Part shown: positions 18,954 to 28,622 of the stretch, piece after piece | How the letters are laid out: every line of letters begins with the position of its first letter | Position numbering within the stretch: position 1 is the first letter of the stretch | Origin: Hyphococcus sp. | GTDB taxonomy: Bacteria; Pseudomonadota; Alphaproteobacteria; Caulobacterales; Parvularculaceae | DNA: 64,000 nt | Direction of reading: 5' to 3' | NCBI GenBank assembly: GCA_021776335.1 | Contig: JAJFGB010000001.1 | Span: forward strand, 301,431 to 365,430 | Made by a program: the position numbers and the translations under genes | Notes under the pieces: model-generated | The model's input: the letters and a program-made list of their open reading frames with translations, nothing else | Database searches by the model: none | Told to the model about the DNA's origin: nothing

Positions 18954-21149
18954 CTATTCGCCCGGCGCATATGTTTTCACTGCGCGCTGTTCAACATCGT
19001 CTTTGTAATAGGCGACGTCTTTGAACGCGCGATCAACATAACGCTGCGCCTGATCATCGAAATGCGGCGAGGCGGGGTCGCCGCTCTGGCCGCCGGCAAG
19101 GAGCGTCTTCGCGCGCACTTTGTCGCCAAACTCAACGACAGCGACGAAACTGTTACCACGATAGCCATAGATGCGTTTCGTATTCGGATGACTGCGCGCG
19201 CCATAGGCGGCGAGCGCGCCCCAGCGGCCGGAAGCCAAATCAACGGGCAGGCTCGGTGCCGCATCGTCAAACCCGGCGTCGATTTCACCAGTGAGGCGCT
19301 GGAACCGGTTAACCTCATCCCATCGCGTATTCCATGCACCAAAATCGGCGTCGAGTTGCGCAATGGTTGAAACGAATGTGCTCAACAATAAGGCCGGCGC
19401 TGCGTCTTCGCCAAAATAGATGATCCGCGCCGTGCGGTTGGCGCCCTTTAGATCAGGAATTGCGCGGGACGCCTCGAGACTATTCATGGCGTAGAAATGC
19501 GCGAGGGTCATCGCGACGGACTCAGCCGAGACGCGACGGTCCCAGTTGCGCAAGGTTTCAATGGCTTCAGCAACATCGGGTTCAGTCGAACCAATTGTGT
19601 CATAGGCTTCGATCAGGCGCGGGAGCAGCACCTCAAAACCCGGCAGATGCGGATCATAGGCAAGGTCGATCAGCCCATCGAGGGTCAGATCATCGGCGTT
19701 CGTCAACATGTTTACCGCATGAATGCCGCGAAAATTATCGGCTTCCGGCGCCATGTAGCGTGGATAATCTTCGGGTTTCGGACTGAACTCGGCAGCGGAT
19801 GTGAACGGTGTCGAATTGGCGTTCTGGATCCAGCCATTGGCGGGGTTCAGAACCGTGATCATTTCGTCGACGTCATGCAGGCCCTGCCAGTCCGTTGCGG
19901 GATCGGCGCCGTCCACGGGGTTGGAATAATCAAATTGCGGATCTCGGCGCGGCATGAAATTGCCGTGATAATACGCAATGTTGCCGCTTGAATCCGCAAA
20001 GACCGTATTATTCGATGAGTTGGTGCGGATATCCATCATCTCGCGGAATTCGTCATGATCTTTCATTTTTGTACGGATGAATGACTGACGAAGGGCGTTT
20101 ACCGGGTCCCAGTTTATTTTGGTCGCGACCCATTTGCCGTCCTCCATATGGGTGATCGGACCATGATGCGTGTGATACATCGGGAAGCTGCGCTCACGCA
20201 TATCATCACCGTCTTTGTAGGAGAGGGTGACCTCGGAGACTTCAACAGCGCGTTTCTCGTCGCCATAGGTGTAAAAGAGTTCGCCGTCCTCTTCGAAGAC
20301 ATCCTCGACAAACTGATCGATGAAGTCGGCATAGGTGGAGGTGTGCATCCAGCCCGTATGTTCATTAAAGCCCTGATAGACAAAGAACTGGCCCCAGGTG
20401 ACAGCGCCATAGGCGTTAAGCCCTTCCTCGCTAACCACATGAACTTCGCCTCTGAAATAGAAACTCGTATGGGGATTGATCAGCAACATCGCATCGCCGG
20501 ACGCGGTCAGGTCGCCGGAAATCGCAAATCCGTTTGACCCGCCGGGCTCGCTATTATCGGCAACGCGGCGCGGCGCTTCGCGCGGCGCACCATCGCCATA
20601 AAACGCAGCGATGCCGCCAAGGGGGATCTGTTCAATGTCGCCGCCAATGGAGCCTTCTGAAAAGAACATCGGCATCCAGGGTTCGAAGCGCGTCAGCAAA
20701 TCCGGCGTGACCTCAGGGTGTGTCGCGAGATAATAATTTAGGCCATCCGCATACGCGTTGCATAAATCCTTGATCCATTGCGGGGCGCTGTCATAGGCCG
20801 CTTTTGCTTCATCGACGGTCATATAAAGCCGGGCGCGTAAGTCGCTGATCAACGCCTCTTCTCCCTGGACCTCCGCCAACCGGCCAGTCGCCCAGATATA
20901 GTTGCGTTCGATACGCGGGAAATCATCTTCGGCTTGCGCATAGAGCAGACCGAAAACCGCATCTGCATCGGTTGCCCCATAGATATGTGGCACGCCAAAA
21001 TCGTCGCGGATAATGGTGATCGTTTCGGCGCGCGCGGCAAGCCGATCGAGTTCGGCCGTCGTTACAACAGGCGTTTCGGATGTGCATCCGGAGAGAATCA
21101 AAATTCCAATGATTGCAGCGATTTTCGCGGCTGATTTATAAAGCTTCAC
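18954..21149 (-). CDS. Penicillin acylase family (Ntn-hydrolase) amidase
   Basis: IIRDDFGVPHIYG, beta-chain N-terminal nucleophile GSNGFAIS..LLINPH, lipoprotein-like signal (ILSGC); GTG start at 21149. Confidence 0.92.
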   Translation of the reverse strand: MKLYKSAAKIAAIIGILILSGCTSETPVVTTAELDRLAARAETITIIRDDFGVPHIYGATDADAVFGLLYAQAEDDFPRIERNYIWATGRLAEVQGEEALISDLRARLYMTVDEAKAAYDSAPQWIKDLCNAYADGLNYYLATHPEVTPDLLTRFEPWMPMFFSEGSIGGDIEQIPLGGIAAFYGDGAPREAPRRVADNSEPGGSNGFAISGDLTASGDAMLLINPHTSFYFRGEVHVVSEEGLNAYGAVTWGQFFVYQGFNEHTGWMHTSTYADFIDQFVEDVFEEDGELFYTYGDEKRAVEVSEVTLSYKDGDDMRERSFPMYHTHHGPITHMEDGKWVATKINWDPVNALRQSFIRTKMKDHDEFREMMDIRTNSSNNTVFADSSGNIAYYHGNFMPRRDPQFDYSNPVDGADPATDWQGLHDVDEMITVLNPANGWIQNANSTPFTSAAEFSPKPEDYPRYMAPEADNFRGIHAVNMLTNADDLTLDGLIDLAYDPHLPGFEVLLPRLIEAYDTIGSTEPDVAEAIETLRNWDRRVSAESVAMTLAHFYAMNSLEASRAIPDLKGANRTARIIYFGEDAAPALLLSTFVSTIAQLDADFGAWNTRWDEVNRFQRLTGEIDAGFDDAAPSLPVDLASGRWGALAAYGARSHPNTKRIYGYRGNSFVAVVEFGDKVRAKTLLAGGQSGDPASPHFDDQAQRYVDRAFKDVAYYKDDVEQRAVKTYAPGE

Positions 21150-21464
21150 GGCTAGCCCCCATCTGTTCTGTCTGCCATGTCCCGACGTCAATTCGAAAAC
21201 AATCGAATAGTGGCGCCGGCAAAATGTGCTCTTCCGGCAACAAAGGCAAAGTGTCCTTTTTCGGTAACAGTTGATACCTCTTTCGTCGACCTGAGCATCA
21301 ATTAAATCTTTATATTTCAATGTCTTGCGTTTTTTGCATTGAGTTCGACTAATTTCGAATTTGAACTTATCCACCAACTTTGACCGTCTAGTGAGGCAGT
21401 AAATCGCGGGAGAGCGATTTGCGTGAACATAAAGCACTAATTTCAGCATTCCGGGAGGGGAATC

Positions 21465-24400
21465 ATGGATAAACTACGTCGAAATTTGCTGGGCTTTTCG
21501 TCCCTTGTGGCGATTGCGCCCTTATTCGCAGCCGGGCCGGCGATGGCTCAATCCGACACTACCGAGGCCAGGGATACGGTTGTCGTGACGGGATCACGGA
21601 TCCCGCGTCCCGATCTTGAGGGAAACAGCCCGATTCAGGTGATTGATGGAGCCGAATTTCAGCTCACCACCAGAATGGAAGTTGACGAACTGCTCAATCA
21701 CGTACCTGCCATTAGCGTCCCCAATGGCGCGACCACCAACTCCGAGGGTAATGGCCGGGCAGCAATTGCTCTGCGAAATCTTGGTACATCGAGAACGCTG
21801 GTGTTGATCAACGGCCGCCGGGTCGTGGGTTCGTCTACAAGTGGTACTGTTGATATCAATGCTATCTCGCCCGGCCTGATCGACAGGATCGATGTGGTCA
21901 CCGGCGGCGCCTCCGCGGTTTATGGTTCGGACGCAATGGCGGGTGTTGTTAACTTCATCACCAAAACAGACTTTGAGGGTTTTTCGGTGAACGGTCAGTA
22001 CGGCGTTACCGAGAGAGGCGACGGCGATCGCTACGGCGTGAATGTCACCATGGGCATGAACTCCGCCGATGGTCGCGGCAACATTATCGTCAATGGCGGT
22101 TACCTGAAACGCAAAAGAATTCTTGCCGGCGACCGCCCCTTCAGTGCGTTCGCGCTGGATGAATCCGATAGCACTTCTTCTTGTGGCAATAATGCTACCG
22201 GTCCGGGTGCGGAACTGGGCCTTGCCACAACGCCGCCTTGTTTTCGAATTGGCGGCAGCTCCAGAATTCCGGGCACGCTGATGCGGTTGAGAGGGACGCC
22301 TGAGGATCTGGCCGGCAACCCGACCAGGGCTACCGATGCGAGCGGCACGTCCATTTCAAGCGGCCGTTTAACTTTCAACGAAGATGGCAGTGTTCGCGCG
22401 CATGAAAGTACGGACGCGTTTAATTTCAACCCATTCGTCAATCTTCTGCTGCCGCTGGAACGCTTCACGATGAGCACCCTTGGCCAGTATGAAGTTACGG
22501 ACAACATCACCTTTTTTGCCGAAGGCATGTTCACAAATTCTGTGCTTGACTGGCAGCAGGCGCCATTCGCCGCCGACGGCGAAGACCGGCCCGGAGATAC
22601 TGATCTGGATGTGCAGGTCAGCATCAACAGCCCATTCATCGATCCAGCAACGCAGGCATTTCTGGCCGGATGGGATGATGGCGGTATTGGCGCAGGTCCC
22701 GATGGCATTCTTGGTACAGGCGATGACACAAGCACCGGGACCCGAGACCTTGTTGCCGGCGATAATATTGTCGTCGCCAGACAGTTTCGTCGCCGCCCGC
22801 TTGAAGCGGGGCCGAGGATTCATGAAAACCGGCGCAACACCTATCGCTTTGTCGCTGGATTTAGAGGCGACATTGGCGAAAATATGAATTGGGAAGCTTA
22901 CTATAATTACGGCAAGCATGAGCGCGTTGTTCGTAATCTCAACCAGTTCAGTGAAACCAGGTTCAGACAGGGTGTTCTCCTGAATGCCGCTGGAGACGCG
23001 TGCGCTGATACGAGTAATGGTTGTATACCGATCAACTTCTTCGGGCCAAACTCAATGTCCGCCGATCAGATCGATTACCTCCGCTTCGAGGCCAACGATC
23101 ATTCAGGCTTAACGCAACAACAGGCTGGCGCTACACTTGGCGGGCAGTTCCCGGGGTTATCTGCTGGACCCATCGGGTATTCTGTCGGATTTGAATGGCG
23201 CTCTGAATCAGCTTTCTTCGAGCCTGATTTTGCCTCAGTTGACCTGCAGGCAAGTCAACCAATCAATGGCGCCTATTCAGTGAAGGAACTCTTTGGTGAA
23301 GTGAATATCCCGGTTCTGTCCGGTCATCGGTTCGCGGAATATGTTGGTATCGAAGGCGGCCTGCGCGTCTCGGATTATAACAACAACGCCGGGACCGTCG
23401 TCACCTACAAAGCCGGCGGCGAATGGCGTCCGGTTGAAGACCTTAAAATACGTGGTTTGTTTCAGCATGCCACGCGTGCGCCGAATATCAACGAGCTGTT
23501 TGCTCCGGAGCGGGGTAATGCAGCTGAAGCAACTGATATGTGTCAGGACACGCCGGGCTCACAACGCGCTACAAATGCGGCGATTGATGCATTTTGTGTC
23601 GCTGAGGGCGTTCCGGTCGGTTACGTTCAGGACCAGAACCAGATCAATATCCGGATAGCTGGTAACCCGAATCTGCAGTCAGAGACTTCCAATACCTGGA
23701 CTGCGGGTTTTGTGTACACGCCTGAATCCCTTTCGGGTCTTCAGATCTCGGCGGATTACTATTCCATCACGATCAGTGACGGGATCAGCACGTTTGGTGG
23801 CGGATTGACGGGAACTTTTGCCGCCTGCTCCGCCAACCCGGTAGCGGGTAACGAGTTCTGTGATGCGCTGGTTCGCAATATCGACGGTGATATCGATAGT
23901 TTCTTCACGCTTCTGCCAAATTCGAATGCGGCCATCATCAGCACAAGCGGGATTGATATGAACGTGACTTACGCAGTTGAGTTGCCAAATGCGCTTGGCG
24001 ATCTGGTGCTGCGTGCGAATGGCACATATGTGATCGACGACATCTTTGCCGCCTCTGAATTCGTTGAGGAAAATGATTGTGCCGGCCTCGTGTCGACGCG
24101 CGGTCTTTGTGGTGAAGGTGTTCCGCATTTCCAGGCGGTCACTGATCTCACGCATAGATGGAAGGATCTAACCACCCGGTTGCGTTATCGGTATGTCGGC
24201 GGCGTGGGCAGCGAATTGGTTGCATTCGATGCGGCCAACGGTCTCGATCGACAGGATGCGTTCACCACTGTCGGCGCTGAACATTATTTTGACCTGTTCT
24301 TTGGATATCAGATCAACGATAATTTCACCGCAAACGTAACGGTTCGTAATCTGTTTGATAACGATCCGCCGCTGATCGGTGATGCGGGCGGCGAGCCGAA

Positions 24401-24467
24401 TATCGACTCGCAGTTGCACGACCCTTTAGGTCGCCGCTTCACATTCGCAATACGCGCCGAATTCTAA
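21465..24467 (+). CDS. TonB-dependent receptor
   Basis: Signal peptide, TonB box DTVVVTGSRI, plug RTLVLINGRR..IDVVTGGASAVYGSDA, C-terminal IRAEF. Confidence 0.95.
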   Translation: MDKLRRNLLGFSSLVAIAPLFAAGPAMAQSDTTEARDTVVVTGSRIPRPDLEGNSPIQVIDGAEFQLTTRMEVDELLNHVPAISVPNGATTNSEGNGRAAIALRNLGTSRTLVLINGRRVVGSSTSGTVDINAISPGLIDRIDVVTGGASAVYGSDAMAGVVNFITKTDFEGFSVNGQYGVTERGDGDRYGVNVTMGMNSADGRGNIIVNGGYLKRKRILAGDRPFSAFALDESDSTSSCGNNATGPGAELGLATTPPCFRIGGSSRIPGTLMRLRGTPEDLAGNPTRATDASGTSISSGRLTFNEDGSVRAHESTDAFNFNPFVNLLLPLERFTMSTLGQYEVTDNITFFAEGMFTNSVLDWQQAPFAADGEDRPGDTDLDVQVSINSPFIDPATQAFLAGWDDGGIGAGPDGILGTGDDTSTGTRDLVAGDNIVVARQFRRRPLEAGPRIHENRRNTYRFVAGFRGDIGENMNWEAYYNYGKHERVVRNLNQFSETRFRQGVLLNAAGDACADTSNGCIPINFFGPNSMSADQIDYLRFEANDHSGLTQQQAGATLGGQFPGLSAGPIGYSVGFEWRSESAFFEPDFASVDLQASQPINGAYSVKELFGEVNIPVLSGHRFAEYVGIEGGLRVSDYNNNAGTVVTYKAGGEWRPVEDLKIRGLFQHATRAPNINELFAPERGNAAEATDMCQDTPGSQRATNAAIDAFCVAEGVPVGYVQDQNQINIRIAGNPNLQSETSNTWTAGFVYTPESLSGLQISADYYSITISDGISTFGGGLTGTFAACSANPVAGNEFCDALVRNIDGDIDSFFTLLPNSNAAIISTSGIDMNVTYAVELPNALGDLVLRANGTYVIDDIFAASEFVEENDCAGLVSTRGLCGEGVPHFQAVTDLTHRWKDLTTRLRYRYVGGVGSELVAFDAANGLDRQDAFTTVGAEHYFDLFFGYQINDNFTANVTVRNLFDNDPPLIGDAGGEPNIDSQLHDPLGRRFTFAIRAEF

Positions 24468-24495
24468 CAATCGGCGCAACAAAACTATCCCTCTT

Positions 24496-24532
24496 GGCGG
24501 CGGGCTGCGTATCAGCCCGCCGTCTTTTTTTT
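24496..24532 (+). terminator. Rho-independent terminator
   Basis: GGCGGCGGGCTG-CGTAT-CAGCCCGCCGTC followed by T8. Confidence 0.88.
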
Positions 24533-24613
24533 GCGCAGATAATGACTTTGCGGTGAATGTTGCCGAGTCTCCGATGAAGATCAGCGCAGTCGGCCGCCAA
24601 TGTGCCGGGCGCC

Positions 24614-24662
24614 TTGACAGTCGTGTTTACGCGTGTAATCAATACTGATTACAGGTGTAAAC
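24614..24662 (+). promoter_or_regulatory. Double BlaI/MecI/CopY-type operator with -35 TTGACA
   Basis: GTTTACGCGTGTAATC (24625-24640) and GATTACAGGTGTAAAC (24647-24662), each TACA-NN-TGTA-like and inverted relative to each other; TTGACA at 24614. Confidence 0.8.
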
Positions 24663-24664
24663 AC

Positions 24665-25033
24665 ATGAAAATCTCTGACGCTGAATGCATTATCATGGAA
24701 GTCTTGTGGCGATCCGGTGAGGCAACCGCGGATCAAATTGTAGGCGCGTTAAATTCCGAACAAGATTGGAAGCCGGCCACTGTCAAAACACTCCTAAACC
24801 GGCTTTTGACAAAAGGGGCCATCACAGCCCGGCAAAATGGCAGACGATATATTTATACGGCATCCACTTTGCGCACTGAATATGTTTATGAGCACAGCCG
24901 CGGATTGATCAACCGTTTTTTCAATGGGCGCGTTGCGCCGCTGGTCAGTCAGTTTTCAGAACAAGAGGCTTTGACGCGTGAAGATATCATCGAGCTAAAA
25001 CGCTTGGTTGAAAGGCTAGAAGATGAAAGCTGA
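24665..25033 (+). CDS. BlaI/MecI/CopY family transcriptional repressor
   Basis: ISDAECIIMEVLW..WKPATVKTLLNRLLTKGAI..FFNGRVAPLVSQF. Confidence 0.93.
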   Translation: MKISDAECIIMEVLWRSGEATADQIVGALNSEQDWKPATVKTLLNRLLTKGAITARQNGRRYIYTASTLRTEYVYEHSRGLINRFFNGRVAPLVSQFSEQEALTREDIIELKRLVERLEDES

Positions 25034-27026
25034 GATATTTCATCTTCTCACTGAAACAAATCTAGTCGCCACACTGGCAATTGCCTTTCTGATTTGTATA
25101 CGGCCTTTGTTTCGTCGCTATTTTGGGGCGCAGTCCGCCTATAAATTATGGGCAATTTTGCCTGTTTCCCTGATTGCCGCCTTGCTTCCGGCCCGTAGGA
25201 GTGTCGATCCGGCGTCAGGTGGACGAGATGATCTGGAGGTCGTTGCTAATGCCTTTGCGGGAAAATTCCACCACGATGAATTTGGGGCAAGTATCGGTAG
25301 TGGAGAAAATCTTCGCCTTGCAGAAGGCGCAGCAGCTAATGACGTGCACGGGGCAACTGTCGAAACGGTGGGCAACCAGGTTGGGTTCTCAGTCGTAAAC
25401 CCCGATATGATTTTTCTGGTTTGGGGAATGGGCGTCATTGTTAGCTTGTGTGTTTTGGTCTGGCGGCAGAGTGCTTACATAAAGAGCCTTGGAACAGCGA
25501 CGCCTGAAATACTACATGGTGTTGCAATATGGCGGAGCGAGCGCATAGATGTTGGTCCTGCAGTTTCCGGTATAATTCGACCGCGAATAATTATACCTTT
25601 TGATTTCGAAAATTGGTTTGCAGAACGTGAACAAAAGCTCGTTCTGGCTCATGAGAAAGCCCATCTGGCGGCCGGTGATATATATACGAATTTGTATATC
25701 GCATTCATGCAGTGTTTCTTTTGGTTCAATCCGCTCATTTACATCGCCGCCAGAAATATACGCAACGACCAGGAGCTTGCGTGTGATGCAACAGTCATTG
25801 ACCAATTTCCAAACTTAAGACGTCAATATGCCGAAACATTGCTCGCTTCCCAAACTGTCGGCCGCTCCATTCCAGTCGGCTGTATGTGGCCTTCCGCATC
25901 GAAGAGAACGCTCAGGAATCGCATTGCAAACTTGCCAGATGGGCGCTTCAGCATTCGCAAAAGAAAGCTGGGCATAGCTGCAGCCTTGGTGCTTGGTGTT
26001 GCCAGTGGCGCCGCGGCTTGGGCTTCACAGCCGCCGGTTCGTATTGACCGGTTGGGTCTCCTGAGCTTTGAGGTGGAGGCAATTAGGATTGAAAATTTGG
26101 CGGCGAACCTGATCTTTATCGCTGAAGATCGCGATGATGTTGAAGTATCGTTCGATGAGAATTCAAAGCTACCAAGGCCTGCGATCAGCGATGAGAATAA
26201 CGGTCTCTTGATTGACGGCGGCCTGGCGCTGAAAAACAAATCATGCAGTGATTTTTATGATGAAAACGGACGGATTCTTGTTCTGAATGAACGCCCGGTT
26301 CGCAGCGAAGAACTACCAAAAATCATAATCAGGGCTCCGCGCGATGTCGATATTGCAATTCAGGGAATTGTTCGTTCTCAAATCACGGGCGCCTCAGGCG
26401 CGAGGGTTGAAAGCAACAGTTGTGAAGAGACTTCCATACGGCAAGCGGGCGGCGCACTCGCTGTCTATCTATTGAATGACGGCGATGTCGACATTGATCT
26501 GGTTGACGCTCCACTTGATGCGCATCTGTACGGATTTGGCAATATGAACATTGCCGGCGGACGTAGCGCCAGGCTTGAACTGAATGGAGCAGGCATCATG
26601 AATGTTGGTGAATTTTCGGGCGCCGTGAAGGCGCGACTTAACGGAACGGGCAATATCAACATTGTTGGCATTGGATCGGACGCAGATTTAGGTCTGACAA
26701 ATTCCGGAAACATAAATGTTGAAACTATCGAGGGAAATATCATTGCGCGCAGTCGAGGAGAGGGTTCGATGATGATCAATTCGTTGCGTGGACAAAATGC
26801 TGAATATCAGCTTGGCGGGGCAGGGGATATCGTGACACGCCAAGCGAATGTGGAAAAGCTGGTTGCCGTATCGTCCCACAGCGGAGAGTTATATTTCGAA
26901 GGAACTGCAAAGACCGTAGAGGCGTCTTTCATTTCCAGCGACGCTAACATTTATGTCGCTCACGCTGGCCAAATCCGAACAAATAAAATGGATTCCTCAA
27001 ATGGAAAAGTGATTATTTCAAACTGA
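25023..27026 (+). CDS. M56 (BlaR1-type) metallopeptidase with C-terminal GIN/DUF2807-like beta-helical domain
   Basis: LAHEKAH zinc motif, FWFNPL, DQELACD; C-terminal repeats of the type L.G.G.I.V typical of GIN domains. Confidence 0.85.
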   Translation: MKAEIFHLLTETNLVATLAIAFLICIRPLFRRYFGAQSAYKLWAILPVSLIAALLPARRSVDPASGGRDDLEVVANAFAGKFHHDEFGASIGSGENLRLAEGAAANDVHGATVETVGNQVGFSVVNPDMIFLVWGMGVIVSLCVLVWRQSAYIKSLGTATPEILHGVAIWRSERIDVGPAVSGIIRPRIIIPFDFENWFAEREQKLVLAHEKAHLAAGDIYTNLYIAFMQCFFWFNPLIYIAARNIRNDQELACDATVIDQFPNLRRQYAETLLASQTVGRSIPVGCMWPSASKRTLRNRIANLPDGRFSIRKRKLGIAAALVLGVASGAAAWASQPPVRIDRLGLLSFEVEAIRIENLAANLIFIAEDRDDVEVSFDENSKLPRPAISDENNGLLIDGGLALKNKSCSDFYDENGRILVLNERPVRSEELPKIIIRAPRDVDIAIQGIVRSQITGASGARVESNSCEETSIRQAGGALAVYLLNDGDVDIDLVDAPLDAHLYGFGNMNIAGGRSARLELNGAGIMNVGEFSGAVKARLNGTGNINIVGIGSDADLGLTNSGNINVETIEGNIIARSRGEGSMMINSLRGQNAEYQLGGAGDIVTRQANVEKLVAVSSHSGELYFEGTAKTVEASFISSDANIYVAHAGQIRTNKMDSSNGKVIISN

Positions 27027-27115
27027 CGCAATGTAGCCGGTTTGTTGTGCGCGAGCCATTCGATTGAAAAAAGTAACAGTGTAACCCTGCAACGATACAG
27101 AAAAATAGGTGTGCT

Positions 27116-28519
27116 ATGCGTGAGTTAGGCGTAATGTTATTGACTATCATTTTCCTGAATGTCGCAATAACGCTTCCTGCGAGCGCAATCTCGCGCGAGG
27201 TTGCCAATAGGGAAGTGCTGCAAGCTGTCGAATTCTTAAAGAGTCAACATCCAGACCCCTATTGGCATACGTCACAGGATAAATTCAATTTTGTTGTAAA
27301 CAGCGTTTTGAATGCAGAAGGCGAGCTCAGTGCTGCGGAACACTATTTCAACCTGGCTGAAATCTATGGAATGGTTTTTGATACGCATACACAGCTTTAT
27401 CCCTCCCTAGAGGAGCCCATAGTAGAAAGAACATATCCAATACGTGTCAGGTTATTTTCGGAAGGGTTGTTCGTTGTCGCTGCGGATGATCCATACCGTG
27501 ATCTTGTCGGCAAACGAATTGTCGAAATCGGAGGGCGCAAAACTGAAGGGGTAATAAATACCCTCACGAAGCATTCGTTTTCGGAAAACCACTACCGGAA
27601 ACGCGTATTTGCGGAGATGTTTTTCTATTGGCCGGAAATGTACAAAGTTTTCGGATTTTCGGAACTGGATGGGTCGGTACAGCTTATTATAGAGGACGTA
27701 AATGGCGCTCAGAGCCCTGCGGCGCTGACGCAAACTCAGGCGGTGAGTTTCGCTAAACGTTTTCGAGAAGATTATACAGCAACTGGCACAGATCCTATTC
27801 CGGATGGCTGGACAAGCCTTACGGATATCTTCGAGTTTTCTCCGCCTTTATACCTAAGGAATTTGGATAAGAATTATTCATACTCATATCTCGCCGATGA
27901 AAAAACAATGTACGTCCAGATTAACAGGCCTGACAATCAATCACCAACTGACACGGCCTTAGACTTCAATCTTGAATGGTTTCAGGTTCTTCGGAATTCT
28001 GATGTGGAGCGTTTCATTTTGGACATTCGAAATAATCCCGGCGGGTGGATAAATGTCGCTGACCCAATCCCGACTTTGTTGTCGGCGTACCGGTTGGATG
28101 ATCAAAATCTTCGTACATATGTTGTTTTGGTTGGAACGGATTCTGTTTCAGCCGCCTCTATCGCTGCGGCAAAAATGGAATATGAGCTGTCCTCCACAAT
28201 TACGATAGGTCAGCCAACGGGGTCTGGTCCAAACCTGTTCTTAAATTCGAGCGAAATGATGTTGCCGCATTCGAAGATTGAACTTGAGGTGTCGACGGCG
28301 GTAATGCCATTTCGGTCTGTTGACGACCGTATGTTTATCGCACCGGATATATGGGTTCCGTATTCATTTTTTGACTACATTTCCGGGAAAGACCCCGTGT
28401 TGGACGCCGCCCTGGCCGTAACAGGGGAGGTGCGTGATGGATTTCATGCCGATCGTTTGCCGATGCAAGGCTGGACGCGCAAAAGTCAAAATGTGGCTGT
28501 TCCCAGGTTGCACCGATGA
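27116..28519 (+). CDS. S41-family (tail-specific protease-like) peptidase, exported
   Basis: Signal peptide; FILDIRNNPGG, SVSAAS, IGQPTGSGPN, IAPDI motifs. Confidence 0.75.
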   Translation: MRELGVMLLTIIFLNVAITLPASAISREVANREVLQAVEFLKSQHPDPYWHTSQDKFNFVVNSVLNAEGELSAAEHYFNLAEIYGMVFDTHTQLYPSLEEPIVERTYPIRVRLFSEGLFVVAADDPYRDLVGKRIVEIGGRKTEGVINTLTKHSFSENHYRKRVFAEMFFYWPEMYKVFGFSELDGSVQLIIEDVNGAQSPAALTQTQAVSFAKRFREDYTATGTDPIPDGWTSLTDIFEFSPPLYLRNLDKNYSYSYLADEKTMYVQINRPDNQSPTDTALDFNLEWFQVLRNSDVERFILDIRNNPGGWINVADPIPTLLSAYRLDDQNLRTYVVLVGTDSVSAASIAAAKMEYELSSTITIGQPTGSGPNLFLNSSEMMLPHSKIELEVSTAVMPFRSVDDRMFIAPDIWVPYSFFDYISGKDPVLDAALAVTGEVRDGFHADRLPMQGWTRKSQNVAVPRLHR

Positions 28520-28622
28520 CAAGCAGAACCGATGCGCTTGCCTCAAACGCAATCAGTTGGATTAAGCTTAGCTGACCGCGCCTGGTTTCAGGCTCCAGGG
28601 ACAGCGTTGGTTGATTGATGCG

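Noticed and set aside
18954-21149. Acylase as an AHL quorum-quenching partner of the LuxO-like system
   Set aside because: It lies over 10 kb away, has no shared promoter motif that I could see, and family membership does not fix the substrate.
21150-21464. Riboswitch (cobalamin/TPP) upstream of the TBDR
   Set aside because: Only a small hairpin (AAATCGC-GGGAGA-GCGATTT, 21401-21420); no recognisable riboswitch core motifs.
24665-27026. Beta-lactam resistance (blaI-blaR1-blaZ) locus
   Set aside because: No beta-lactamase gene, and no SxxK penicillin-binding sensor domain on the M56 protein.
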